From the NCBI GenBank assembly GCA_037146995.1, contig JBAWWA010000006.1, forward strand, positions 15,031 through 79,030: a stretch of DNA of 64,000 bases. Direction: 5' to 3'. Position 1 is the stretch's first letter. Every line of letters starts with the position of its first letter. The DNA comes from a bacterium (GTDB taxonomy: Bacteria; Patescibacteriota; Patescibacteriia; Patescibacteriales; GWE2-39-37). Positions 1 to 9,152 of the stretch are shown here, one piece after another. The translations under genes were made by a program, and so were the position numbers. Under the pieces are notes generated by a model, which saw only the letters and a program-made list of their open reading frames with translations, made no database searches and was not told the DNA's origin.

Positions 1-14
1 GACTAGGCGGGGCG

Positions 15-1244
15 GTGACGCAAAAAATCGGTGACAAGACTGGCTTTACCCCACTGAGTGACGTGGGTAGGCTGGCTAATACCTGGGGTAATGAAATGTC
101 AGAAGCCAAAGACAAGCAACGCAAGGAAAGCGCTAAAAAATTCTTCAAAAAAATTGGCTTTGGTGAAAAGACTTTTGATGCAGCTGCTACAGCTGAAAAA
201 GGGGCACGTGACTTTTTTGTCGAAGGGCCTAAAAAGGCTTTGGCTGACACTGTGCGAAGCGTGGGCGATTATGCCAAGTCCAAGAAATTTGATCAGACCG
301 ATACCTTGATTTCACAAAAGAAGGCGGCAGCCGAGGCGATTACCAAACAGGCACTGACTCAGGTGGCTGGAGCGGATGCGGCACGAAATGCAGCCATTGC
401 TGCGGCAGCCGCTCCGTTAGAGCAATTAAAAAATAATCTTAACAATAGAATTAACACAATTGAGAATAATGCTACAATGCCTGACGCAGTGAAAAAGGCG
501 AGAAGGGCTACATTACTTCAGCAGTATGAATCTGATAAAGCTTTAGCTGAGGTGCCATACAATGCCGCAAAGGCAGCAGCAGATAGTAACTTTGAGAGCA
601 TTAAAGCCAGTATTAATTCGAATCGCGATAATGATATAAAAAATTCAAATACTGGCTATGACGGTAGACTTAGAAATGAGGCAACTCGAAACCAGGCAGA
701 TGCTAATATTATTACAAAATCATTGGATGCGGCCCTAGACGGCGTAGCTGGTACCGCGAAGTTTACCGGTACGCAACTAGACGAGCACAAACCCCTTGGC
801 TTTATTCATGAAGCCTTGCAGGGTGAGGTTAAGGACAAAAAGAAGCGTGAAAAAATTCAATCCAATATGGACTTGCCAGAAAATGAACGCTCGCATTTTA
901 CCGATACTGGGGCTGCGACTTGGTATTCTGAGAGTGGCATGAACGCCAACCAGACAGCTATGTTCAAAGACTTGGCTAACGGCTCCGAGCGTTCAAACAG
1001 GATACTTTCAAATATGGAAAGCACCCTTAAGACGCTTCAAGCACGCGGTTGGGCAAATCTCTCTGGCGGTGAAAAGGCAACTATTGTGGCAATGAAACAG
1101 GGTATCGCGGCTAATTTGAACGCCAAAAAAATAGACATGGCACCGTTTGAAAAATTATATGAACCGCTAAATAATCTAAGTAGTGGCAACTCCGGTGAAA
1201 AAGAGGGTAAAAAAATCGAAGAACATCAAAAAACTGTAGTTTAA
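15..1244 (+). CDS. hypothetical Ala/Lys/Asn-rich, probably coiled-coil protein; first visible gene of the T4SS-like operon, possibly 5'-truncated by the window edge
   Basis: 409-aa ORF from GTG at 15. The frame stays open back to nt 3, so the real start may lie upstream. 4-nt gap to the next ORF. No catalytic motif recognised. Confidence 0.5.
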   Translation: MTQKIGDKTGFTPLSDVGRLANTWGNEMSEAKDKQRKESAKKFFKKIGFGEKTFDAAATAEKGARDFFVEGPKKALADTVRSVGDYAKSKKFDQTDTLISQKKAAAEAITKQALTQVAGADAARNAAIAAAAAPLEQLKNNLNNRINTIENNATMPDAVKKARRATLLQQYESDKALAEVPYNAAKAAADSNFESIKASINSNRDNDIKNSNTGYDGRLRNEATRNQADANIITKSLDAALDGVAGTAKFTGTQLDEHKPLGFIHEALQGEVKDKKKREKIQSNMDLPENERSHFTDTGAATWYSESGMNANQTAMFKDLANGSERSNRILSNMESTLKTLQARGWANLSGGEKATIVAMKQGIAANLNAKKIDMAPFEKLYEPLNNLSSGNSGEKEGKKIEEHQKTVV

Positions 1245-1248
1245 ATAT

Positions 1249-2280
1249 ATGTTAGTAGCTGAAGCAATCGAAAAATTTAAAAATCTACCCGAAGTAGTGC
1301 TCTTTGCAGCCACGGCTGACCAATATACAGAAGTGCTTGATCGAATAAAATCCAGGTATGACTTGGTTTTGAATTCGGTGGTCATACTTGTGATAGTTGG
1401 TGAACTGGCTGAAGATAAAGTGAAAAATTATCTAATCTCAACCTATGAGTTAGACGAGGCGACGGCTGAAAATATAACCAAGGACTTACAAGATAATTAT
1501 TTTTCACCTCTACGTGATAGATTATTTTTGCTGAATGGCAAACCGCTAGCCAACAAGACGGCGACTATTTGGCATGTTAGGATTTTGCTCGAAATATTTG
1601 AGGGTAAAATACTTGATGAAATAAATGCGCCGCGGGCGATTTGCGAGGCTTTGAATTTTCGAATTTTTTCGATTTTACCACTAGATGAAAATTTTTCCCA
1701 CGAACTTGAGCGCGCTTTGAGTAATAATCAAGAAATGATCGGTAAGAAGCTTGTTATCGATGGTCGCCCTGTACCACCAGTTATTGCCAATTGGCTAAAA
1801 GACTTTGTTAAGACAATTGGAGCAGTGATGTTTGACCAGTTGCAGCTGACTCAATACTTGATTAATTCGCCTAATGTGAAGCTCCTGACCGAGCAAGAGC
1901 GCAAAGTATTGAGTCGAGTCTTGAAGACTTATCGGAATATTAAATATTTTCCGGCCAGCATGCCGAATGATAAGGGTGATGGTTGGGAAATCATACCAGT
2001 TGAACGACAGATTGAGTCGGTAATAGTGCAAGATTCGACTGATGTTTTTGCTGATTTAAATGCGCCAAATAGTTCAATAGATGACAATCAAGCAAGGAGT
2101 CAAGTTGTGCAGGCAAACGTAAGTGAGGGCTTAGAGTTGAAGGGCAATACTGCCGCCGATAAGGCGCAAAGCGTAGTGAACGAAAAACGCCTAGCTGAGC
2201 TTTTGGCCTTGTCGGCCACTTATGCCGAAGGTAGTCTCGAACGGCGAGCGGTCGACGAGGAGATAAAAAGGAATTCATAA
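1249..2280 (+). CDS. hypothetical protein with an N-terminal helical module paralogous to the next ORF
   Basis: 343-aa ORF, tightly packed in the operon. Its N-terminus (EAIEKFKNLPEVV...VLDRIKSRYDLVL) aligns by eye with the N-terminus of ORF 2290-3591. Confidence 0.5.
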   Translation: MLVAEAIEKFKNLPEVVLFAATADQYTEVLDRIKSRYDLVLNSVVILVIVGELAEDKVKNYLISTYELDEATAENITKDLQDNYFSPLRDRLFLLNGKPLANKTATIWHVRILLEIFEGKILDEINAPRAICEALNFRIFSILPLDENFSHELERALSNNQEMIGKKLVIDGRPVPPVIANWLKDFVKTIGAVMFDQLQLTQYLINSPNVKLLTEQERKVLSRVLKTYRNIKYFPASMPNDKGDGWEIIPVERQIESVIVQDSTDVFADLNAPNSSIDDNQARSQVVQANVSEGLELKGNTAADKAQSVVNEKRLAELLALSATYAEGSLERRAVDEEIKRNS

Positions 2281-2289
2281 ATTTTAAAA

Positions 2290-3591
2290 TTGATCATGCT
2301 AGAATATTTGCAAAAATTTAAAGCCTTACCAGGAGAGCTACGTAATGTGGTTTCAGGGGATGAAGCGGTGGCGATCATTAATGTTCTTGAGGCCCGTTAC
2401 GGCGTCAGCTTAGCGGATACGATAATCCGCTTGATGGTTAAGGATATCGCCATCAATGCTTTACCAGCCTTTTTGGTAATGGATCTAAAAATGGAAATGG
2501 CGCAGGCTGATTTGTTGTATAATGAATTGATTAGCGGCTTGCTGGTACCAGTTATGCCGTATTTGAAAGGTGGTAGTCAAGTTGCAAGTGGCGCTGCCCC
2601 ATCAGCAGAGATTAATAATATTAAGGCGCCCAGCGAGGTGGCAAAATCACCATTTTATTTTGATCCAGAGGATGAAGCTGAGGTGAGGAAATTTGCAGAA
2701 AAAGCTAAGGCCAGTAATGTCGAGGCTTTGTATAGGCAACAAACCAAAGATATAATTGCCAAGACTGAATTGTCATTTGGCAGTGAGGTTTTGCTTGAAC
2801 GACTTCAACATATAATCGAGACTTATCTCTCGGGCGTCAGGAATCGGATTGACACTAAACTAGCCTTTAACAAATCGATCGAACAGGGCGGAGTAAATCT
2901 GGATGAGGCGACTATTGAAAAAATCTTCAAAGCCGCCGATCAATTCACTAAGCCGGACGGCTTGGTTCAAGATCGGAAGATTCAAGGAGTGACAGGTGTT
3001 CAGGATGAGTCAATCGAAAAGGGCAGTAAGGAAGATTTTGAAAAATTAAAAGCTCTGGGAGCACGTGATTTTGAGTATGACCTGGGTGCGCTCGAATTAA
3101 AAAACAAGGACATTCAAGATAAAAAAGAGCTCGCCAAGCCACTGGGTCGGCCCAAGCAAGAAAAGGAATCATTTGATGTTTCTGATTCTGACCCTTTTGC
3201 GTATAGGCGACCAAAGGAGGCGGTCGGCAAGACGATCATGAGTGATGTTAAGGTTAATCTGCCGAAAGTGATGGGGCCGATCGATGAGCTGCATTATCTA
3301 GACTTGGTGGTTTTTCGACGACTGGCTCGTTTACCGGAAGAGGGTATTTTAAAAATAAAAGACAAATTTGATCTGCTCGAGGCCGAGATGATCGGTAAAA
3401 AATTCGAGGGCATCAAGGCCTGGCGCCTCTCACCAATTTATCAAGAGTATTTGAAAATAGCCGAATCTTCTATCAAGACTGATCGTCCGGTGGTTGAGAT
3501 TATTAATGAACAATTAAAAACGCGACCTACTGGTTTGAATTTGGCTGAATTTGAGGCTATAATAAAATTAAACAAGCAGATTAGATTCTAG
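2290..3591 (+). CDS. hypothetical protein, N-terminal module paralogous to ORF 1249-2280
   Basis: 433-aa ORF with TTG at 2290 (alternative ATG at 2296). N-terminus EYLQKFKALPGELRNVV...VLEARYGVSL resembles that of the previous ORF. The rest is charged and helical. Confidence 0.5.
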   Translation: MIMLEYLQKFKALPGELRNVVSGDEAVAIINVLEARYGVSLADTIIRLMVKDIAINALPAFLVMDLKMEMAQADLLYNELISGLLVPVMPYLKGGSQVASGAAPSAEINNIKAPSEVAKSPFYFDPEDEAEVRKFAEKAKASNVEALYRQQTKDIIAKTELSFGSEVLLERLQHIIETYLSGVRNRIDTKLAFNKSIEQGGVNLDEATIEKIFKAADQFTKPDGLVQDRKIQGVTGVQDESIEKGSKEDFEKLKALGARDFEYDLGALELKNKDIQDKKELAKPLGRPKQEKESFDVSDSDPFAYRRPKEAVGKTIMSDVKVNLPKVMGPIDELHYLDLVVFRRLARLPEEGILKIKDKFDLLEAEMIGKKFEGIKAWRLSPIYQEYLKIAESSIKTDRPVVEIINEQLKTRPTGLNLAEFEAIIKLNKQIRF

Positions 3592-3600
3592 GTTTACTCC

Positions 3601-4065
3601 ATGCAGCAATTTACAGTTCCCCAATTCATTGACGTCGAAGACAAGATTATCGGGCCGATTACGACCAGACAGTTTTTGATTTTGCTGGCCGAGACGATTG
3701 TGGCGGCGATTTCGTATTCACTTTTTGATTTTTCCTTATTTATAACGATTTTTGTTACATCATTATTTACGGCTTTTGTTTTTGCATTTGTTAAGGTTAA
3801 TGGTCGGCCATTTCATTTATTTGTGCTCAATATTTGTCAAACCTTGAGTCGTGCACCTCTCCGAGTTTGGTTGCTTGTTGCCTTGCCAGATTCGATGATT
3901 TTGCCTGATGAAATAAAGAAATCAGAAAATATTCCGACCAAAAAAGTTAATCTCCAAGCGTCGAGACTTGATCAACTGTCCTTGATTGTTGACACCTCTG
4001 GTCAGTATCGGGGTGAAGATTTGATTAAAAAAGAAATTAAACCTAATAATAATGTCCGAAAATAA
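3601..4065 (+). CDS. PrgI-family conjugation/T4SS membrane protein (VirB3-like role)
   Basis: N-terminus MQQFTVPQFIDVEDKIIGPITTRQFLILL matches the PrgI-family signature as I remember it. Two TM helices follow. It sits directly upstream of the VirB4-like genes and overlaps the next ORF by 14 nt. Confidence 0.65.
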   Translation: MQQFTVPQFIDVEDKIIGPITTRQFLILLAETIVAAISYSLFDFSLFITIFVTSLFTAFVFAFVKVNGRPFHLFVLNICQTLSRAPLRVWLLVALPDSMILPDEIKKSENIPTKKVNLQASRLDQLSLIVDTSGQYRGEDLIKKEIKPNNNVRK

Positions 4066-4741
4066 ATTAGCTAAAGGACGATTAACCACCTCAACTCAGC
4101 AATATCTAGATATAGCTGAGATCCGTGACAATACGCTGGTCATGAAGGATTCGACCATGCGTTCTGTCTTGTTGGTTTCTAGTATTAATTTTGCTTTGAA
4201 GAGTGAAGATGAACAGAGTGCTATTATTTCGGCCTATGTTGGTTTTTTGAATAATATTGATTTTCCAATGCAGATCGTTATTCAATCGAGGGAATTAGAT
4301 ATTGAAGGTTATATTGTTAATTTGCGAAAAAAAGAAAAGGAGCAAACCAATGAGTTGTTAAAAATCCAGATCCATGACTACATTCAATATGTTTCAGAAT
4401 TAATTTCAATCGGCAGAATCATGACCAAACGTTTTTATGTAGTTGTACCATTCAATCCCTTAACGGACAAAAAGAAAAACTTTTTTGCTTCAATGATGGA
4501 GGTTTTTAAGCCGATTAATTTGGTCAAAATGAAGCGTGACGTCTTTGTTAGACGCCGTGAAATGCTAAGTCGACGCGTTGATGGCGTTATTTCCGGCCTG
4601 GGATCAATCGGACTTAACGTGGTTGAACTAGATACACAAAGCTTGATTGAGCTTTATTACAACACTTATAACCCAATGACTTCTGGTAATCAAAAGATGG
4701 TAGATATTGATAAGTTAAGAGTAGGCGAAAATTATGTTTAA
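4052..4741 (+). CDS. VirB4 N-terminal-domain-like protein (separate ORF)
   Basis: 229 aa. The pattern LDIAEIRDNTLVMKDSTMRSVLLVSSINFALKSEDEQSAIISAYVGFLNNIDFPMQIVIQS resembles the N-terminal domain of Gram-positive VirB4/TraE-type ATPases. Its stop overlaps the start of the ATPase ORF (ATGTTTAA). Confidence 0.45.
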   Translation: MSENKLAKGRLTTSTQQYLDIAEIRDNTLVMKDSTMRSVLLVSSINFALKSEDEQSAIISAYVGFLNNIDFPMQIVIQSRELDIEGYIVNLRKKEKEQTNELLKIQIHDYIQYVSELISIGRIMTKRFYVVVPFNPLTDKKKNFFASMMEVFKPINLVKMKRDVFVRRREMLSRRVDGVISGLGSIGLNVVELDTQSLIELYYNTYNPMTSGNQKMVDIDKLRVGENYV

Positions 4742-6644
4742 TTTGAATAAAATCAGTCTTAAGGACGCAGAAAAGGCGAAATTGGCCAATAAAGGTCAAG
4801 AAATGTTTGCTAATGAGCAAATGGAACACGAGGCCTCAAGCTTGGTCGCCGAAGAAAAATCTTTTCGACGAGGCTTACTATCTATTCAGGATTTGATCGC
4901 GCCAGCTAGTTTTCAAGTATTTCCTGATTACTTGCGTCTGGGTGAGATGTATGTCCGTACTTCATTTGTCATTACTTATCCGCGCTATATTAGTGTCGGT
5001 TGGTTTGCACCGATTCTTAACCTCAATCACACTTTTGATATTGCTATGTTTTTTTATCCGGTCAAAAGTGCGGTTATTTTGAAACAATTAAAGAATAAAG
5101 CCGGTGCACTTGAGGCGCAAATCGTCTCTGACGCGGAAAAGGGTGCGGCTCGTGATCCGTTACGTGAGACCGCCTTGCGTGATATTGAGGGGTTGCGTGA
5201 CTCATTGACTCAGGGAACGGAGCGCTTTTTTCAATTTGCTTTATACGTGACGATTTACGAAAATTCCAAAGAAGATTTGGATCGTCTTTCTGATGAGGTT
5301 GATAATATTTTCGGTTCTCGTTTGGTTTTTTCACGCAAGGTTTTTTATCAGGCTGAACAGGGTTTTAACTCAACTCTGCCTCAGGCTAATGATGAGCTCT
5401 ATATTTGTTTCAATATGAACTCGTCACCAATCGCTTCATCTTTTCCTTTCATGTCCTCGGAGCTGACTAGTGACAATGGTATTCTTTATGGCATTAACAG
5501 GCACAATAATAGCTTGATTTTGTTTGATCGATTCAGTTTGCAAAATGCTAATTCAGTGGTCTTCGCGACTTCTGGTTCGGGTAAGAGTTATTGTGTCAAG
5601 CTTGAGATTTTACGTCACTTGATGATGGGCACAGAGGTGATTGTGATTGATCCGGAGTTTGAGTACAAACATTTATCCGATGCTGTTGGTGGTACATATA
5701 TTAATGTCTCGCTTTCGAGCGAGAGTCGGATTAATCCGTTTGACTTGCCGAGATCGATCGGTGGCAACTCCAAGCCGGAGGATATTATTCGTGGTGCCGT
5801 TATCACCTCTAAGGGTCTTTTAAGACTAATGCTTGGCGCTATGACCAACGAAGAGGATTCGATCATCGATCGAGCGCTAATCGAAACTTACGCCAAAAAA
5901 GATATTACCCCAGATGCTGACCTCTCCAAAGCAGAGCCGCCAATACTGCAAGACTTTCAAGATATCCTTGAGGGTATGGAGGGTGGTAATAGCTTGGCAG
6001 AGCGTTTAAAAAAATATACGACCGGTACTTTTTCAGGGCTACTCAATAATCCGACCAACGTTAAAATGGATAATTTATTGGTTTGTTTTTCGGTGCGAGA
6101 TCTTGAAGATGAGTTGCGACCGATGGCAATTTATACCGTCATTACTTATATTTGGAATGTCGTACGCTCACAAGTTAAGAAGAGAATTTTGGTCATTGAT
6201 GAAGCTTGGTGGATGATGCAACATGAAGATTCGGCCAAATTTATTTTTGCTCTCGTGAAACGTTGTCGTAAGTATTATTTGGGCGTAACGACAATCACTC
6301 AAGATGTTAATGACTTTTTGCGCTCGCCTTACGGTCAGGCCATCGTGACGAATTCTTCGTTGCAGATACTCTTAAAGCAGTCACCAGCTTCGATTGATAA
6401 TATTCAAAAGACTTTCAGTTTGACTGATGGTGAAAAATATCTACTGCTTGAGTGTGGTGTGGGTGAGGGCATATTTTTTGCTGGACCAAAGCATGCGGCT
6501 ATCAAGGTGGTTGCCTCATATTCAGAGGATCAACTCATCACGACTGATCCGCGGCAACTTTTGGCCATTGAAGACGCTAAAAAAGAATTTGCCGCCAATC
6601 AAGAAGGCGCGGAGGATGACGGACTCGAGGGGATTGATTTATAA
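4734..6644 (+). CDS. virB4: VirB4/TrsE-family type IV secretion ATPase
   Basis: 636 aa. Walker A ATSGSGKSYCVK, Walker B-like RILVIDEAWWMM, and C-terminal region TTITQDVNDF typical of VirB4/DUF87 ATPases. Preceded by a PrgI-like gene. Confidence 0.85.
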   Translation: MFNLNKISLKDAEKAKLANKGQEMFANEQMEHEASSLVAEEKSFRRGLLSIQDLIAPASFQVFPDYLRLGEMYVRTSFVITYPRYISVGWFAPILNLNHTFDIAMFFYPVKSAVILKQLKNKAGALEAQIVSDAEKGAARDPLRETALRDIEGLRDSLTQGTERFFQFALYVTIYENSKEDLDRLSDEVDNIFGSRLVFSRKVFYQAEQGFNSTLPQANDELYICFNMNSSPIASSFPFMSSELTSDNGILYGINRHNNSLILFDRFSLQNANSVVFATSGSGKSYCVKLEILRHLMMGTEVIVIDPEFEYKHLSDAVGGTYINVSLSSESRINPFDLPRSIGGNSKPEDIIRGAVITSKGLLRLMLGAMTNEEDSIIDRALIETYAKKDITPDADLSKAEPPILQDFQDILEGMEGGNSLAERLKKYTTGTFSGLLNNPTNVKMDNLLVCFSVRDLEDELRPMAIYTVITYIWNVVRSQVKKRILVIDEAWWMMQHEDSAKFIFALVKRCRKYYLGVTTITQDVNDFLRSPYGQAIVTNSSLQILLKQSPASIDNIQKTFSLTDGEKYLLLECGVGEGIFFAGPKHAAIKVVASYSEDQLITTDPRQLLAIEDAKKEFAANQEGAEDDGLEGIDL

Positions 6645-6679
6645 TTTTAGTTAATTTTATTTATTAGATAATAAACGAT

Positions 6680-7294
6680 ATGGATAGAAAAAAGGTGGGT
6701 ATTGCAATAATAATCATAGGAGCCTTAATCTTGATTGGGATTATTTACATGATGTTTTTTTATAAAATTGGCTCGCCGTTGGTTTCTGATCAGCCACAGG
6801 TTTCGACTGGCGAGAGTGAGTCGGCCAAGATTAAGCCGAATGAGATCGATGCACGCACCGTCACCGAGGTGCCTGAAAAAAAAGTCGTTAAGAAAAATGA
6901 TGAAATTGAATTGACGCAGATTGCTTATTCTTTTGCCGAGCGTTTCGGTAGCTACTCTAATCAGTCTACATACCAAAATATGCTCGACCTTAAGGTGGTC
7001 ATGACGCCAAAAATGGCCAAGTGGGTTGATGGTTATGTTAACGAGCAAATCACCAGCAAAAAAGATACCAGCGTTTACAGTGGTTTTACCACAAAGACGG
7101 TGAGTGTAAAATTGGTTGGCTATAGCGAGACGGCGACGAATGTGACGGCTGAAGTCAGCACTCAGCGTCGTGAATCGACTGGTGATAACAATAATAGCGC
7201 TAGCTATGGTCAAGTTTTGAATATAAATTTTGTGAAGGATGGCAAAGACTGGAAGGCTGATGAGGCGAGATGGCAGGATCAGAAACTGAAATAG
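6680..7294 (+). CDS. N-terminally membrane-anchored protein; VirB8/PrgL-like (NTF2-fold) candidate
   Basis: 204 aa. One N-terminal TM helix (VGIAIIIIGALILIGIIYMMFF), a linker, then an about 130-aa domain ending in KDGKDWKADEARW. Size, topology and position after VirB4 fit VirB8-like proteins. The function is inference only. Confidence 0.5.
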   Translation: MDRKKVGIAIIIIGALILIGIIYMMFFYKIGSPLVSDQPQVSTGESESAKIKPNEIDARTVTEVPEKKVVKKNDEIELTQIAYSFAERFGSYSNQSTYQNMLDLKVVMTPKMAKWVDGYVNEQITSKKDTSVYSGFTTKTVSVKLVGYSETATNVTAEVSTQRRESTGDNNNSASYGQVLNINFVKDGKDWKADEARWQDQKLK

Positions 7295-7298
7295 CAAA

Positions 7299-7973
7299 AT
7301 GCTATTCTTGAGCTATATCATCAAGGCATGTCTTGTTGCTCGAGACGTGCTTTTTGATTTGATCTTTCCTATTCGATGTCAGGGGTGTGGTGACTATGGC
7401 GAGCTGCTGTGTGCTGCGTGCTTGGCTGATTATAAAAGTTTTTTGCGTGTTAGAAAGATCGAACTAGATGTCGATGAGGGCCTAGATGCTGTTTATGTGG
7501 TGGCTGATTTTAAACATAAAATGACGCAGAAATTAATCAAAAATTATAAATATAATTTAGTGCGGGATATTGGTGATATTTTTGTTTTGTGCCTCAATGA
7601 AAAGTTGGTAGATGTGGTGCTTTTTAGACAAGCTGATCTAGTGACCTCAGTTCCACTTCATCCTCGACGTTTAAGGTGGCGGGGTTTTGATCAGGCTGCA
7701 ATGCTTGGTTCTGGTTTTGCTGATTTTTATCGTATAAAATTCCTGCCAATTCTCGTGCGTACTAGATATACAGAGCCTCAAGCTAGGTTGGGCAAATTAG
7801 TCAGACTGACGAATATTAGTAATTGTTTTTCAGTGAATTACGAGGTTGAAGGGACTACAATTTGGCTAATAGATGATGTGGTAACTTCAGGGGCGACCCT
7901 CTCGGCTTGCGCAATCGCTTTAAAGTTGGCTGGTGCCAAGCGCGTTTATGGCTTGTGCCTGGCTCATGGCTAG
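7299..7973 (+). CDS. comF: ComF-family competence protein (phosphoribosyltransferase fold)
   Basis: N-terminal Cys pairs CQGCG...CAAC. C-terminal PRPP-binding motif IWLIDDVVTSGATL. Confidence 0.8.
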   Translation: MLFLSYIIKACLVARDVLFDLIFPIRCQGCGDYGELLCAACLADYKSFLRVRKIELDVDEGLDAVYVVADFKHKMTQKLIKNYKYNLVRDIGDIFVLCLNEKLVDVVLFRQADLVTSVPLHPRRLRWRGFDQAAMLGSGFADFYRIKFLPILVRTRYTEPQARLGKLVRLTNISNCFSVNYEVEGTTIWLIDDVVTSGATLSACAIALKLAGAKRVYGLCLAHG

Positions 7974-8069
7974 TCTTTACAAATAAGGGTGGTTGTATTA
8001 AACTATATTTGTTATGAAAATAGCCAATTATGGTTATTTTTCTTAATATCTAGTCAATATATTTTATCT

Positions 8070-8156
8070 GGAGAGGTGCCTGAGTGGTTGAAAGGGGCAC
8101 CCTGCTAAGGTGTTAGGGTAGCAATATCCTCGAGGGTTCGAATCCCTCCCTCTCCG
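8070..8156 (+). tRNA. tRNA-Ser (anticodon GCU)
   Basis: Hand-folded cloverleaf. Acceptor GGAGAGG/CCTCTCC, anticodon stem GCACC/GGTGT, loop CTGCTAA, long variable arm, T-arm GAGGG-TTCGAAT-CCCTC. CCA is not encoded. Confidence 0.9.
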
Positions 8157-8164
8157 CACATAAT

Positions 8165-8191
8165 AAAACAGACCTGAGTAGGGTCTGTTTT
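8165..8191 (+). terminator. rho-independent terminator after tRNA-Ser
   Basis: Hairpin AAAACAGACC / GGTCTGTTTT followed by a T-rich run. Confidence 0.6.
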
Positions 8192-8321
8192 ATTATGTGT
8201 TGGAAAGTGAGGGTGCAGAATTTTGGCTTGATTATAGGCGAAAATTCACATCGATTTAAACAGGGAGTAAGATTATTTTAAAAGGTGGCTTTTATACGTG
8301 ACAGTCGGAGGGTTTAACCCT

Positions 8322-8345
8322 TTCGAATCCCTCCCTCTCCGCACA
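8322..8345 (+). repeat. orphan duplicate of the tRNA-Ser 3' end (T-loop plus acceptor 3' strand)
   Basis: The 24 nt TTCGAATCCCTCCCTCTCCGCACA are identical to 8137-8160. GAGGGTT is also present just upstream, with a 7-nt insertion. The copy is followed by its own hairpin plus T-run (about 8350-8385). Confidence 0.8.
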
Positions 8346-8437
8346 TATAAAAAAAATCACTAATTTAGTATTGGTGATTTTTTGTTAAAAATAATAACAT
8401 GTATTAGGATGGTGGTCTTTTGTTTAAAACTCCAATA

Positions 8438-8466
8438 TTGTCATTAAGCGCAATTTGTGACATAAT
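8438..8466 (+). promoter_or_regulatory. sigma70-like promoter giving a leaderless or near-leaderless mRNA for ORF 8473
   Basis: TTGTCA, 17 nt, CATAAT, then 6 nt to the ATG at 8473. No Shine-Dalgarno site. Confidence 0.5.
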
Positions 8467-8472
8467 AAAATC

Positions 8473-8979
8473 ATGGAAAATCAAATAAACTCTGAACAAT
8501 TAAGCTGGGAGGTGCCAGAATATGAGAAACATGACCGGAGCAAGCGCTGGTATGTTATTGCAGGCTTAGTCGACTTATTTTTTGTTTTTATTTCGGTCAT
8601 TACGCCCAATTTGTTTTTTGATAAACCGAATATCTTATTTTTGGGTATCGTAGTTATTGGTTCGGTGATCATGTATTTGAATGATCAATCTGAGTCAAAT
8701 ATGATAGGAATAGTTTTGGGGGATGAGGGGGTGACCTTCGGCCACACGTTTCATGATTATGACGAGATTAAGGATTTTTCGGTGCTCTATAAGCCGGCGC
8801 AGGGGCTCAATCATTTGTATATTGAGTTCAAAAGTCCGGCCAAGCTGAGGTTGTCGATAAATTTGATGAATCAAGACCCAGTAGGGGTGAGGCGCTATCT
8901 ATTGCAGTACTTGCCAGAGGATCTAGAGCGCATAAATCGACCAACTTCAGAGACTCTTGTCAAAATGTTAAAATTGTAG
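8473..8979 (+). CDS. hypothetical membrane protein (two TM helices plus a soluble C-terminal domain)
   Basis: 168-aa ORF with a hydrophobic pair of helices (WYVIAGLVDLFFVFISVI..., LFLGIVVIGSVIMYL) and a promoter directly upstream. Confidence 0.5.
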   Translation: MENQINSEQLSWEVPEYEKHDRSKRWYVIAGLVDLFFVFISVITPNLFFDKPNILFLGIVVIGSVIMYLNDQSESNMIGIVLGDEGVTFGHTFHDYDEIKDFSVLYKPAQGLNHLYIEFKSPAKLRLSINLMNQDPVGVRRYLLQYLPEDLERINRPTSETLVKMLKL

Positions 8980-9073
8980 TTAAATACTAGCAGAGCAATA
9001 AAAAAGGCAGTTGCCTCTTTTTTATTGTAAATTATTTCGGTATTTTGTTAGGTAAATACGGTAGGATAAATTA

Positions 9074-9145
9074 GCACTCGTCGTTCAACGGATAGGACGC
9101 AAGCTTGCGGAGCTTGCAATCTAGGTTCGATTCCTAGCGAGTGCA
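9074..9145 (+). tRNA. tRNA-Arg (anticodon GCG)
   Basis: Hand-folded. Acceptor GCACTCG/CGAGTGC, anticodon stem CAAGC/GCTTG, loop TTGCGGA, T-arm CTAGG-TTCGATT-CCTAG, 72 nt. CCA is not encoded. Confidence 0.75.
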
Positions 9146-9152
9146 CAATTAT

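Noticed and set aside
6725-7297. 190-aa minus-strand ORF fully antisense to ORF 6680-7294
   Set aside because: The plus-strand product has a clean TM helix plus a globular domain and fits the operon. The minus-strand translation is R/L/I/F-rich with no features. It is a typical shadow ORF.
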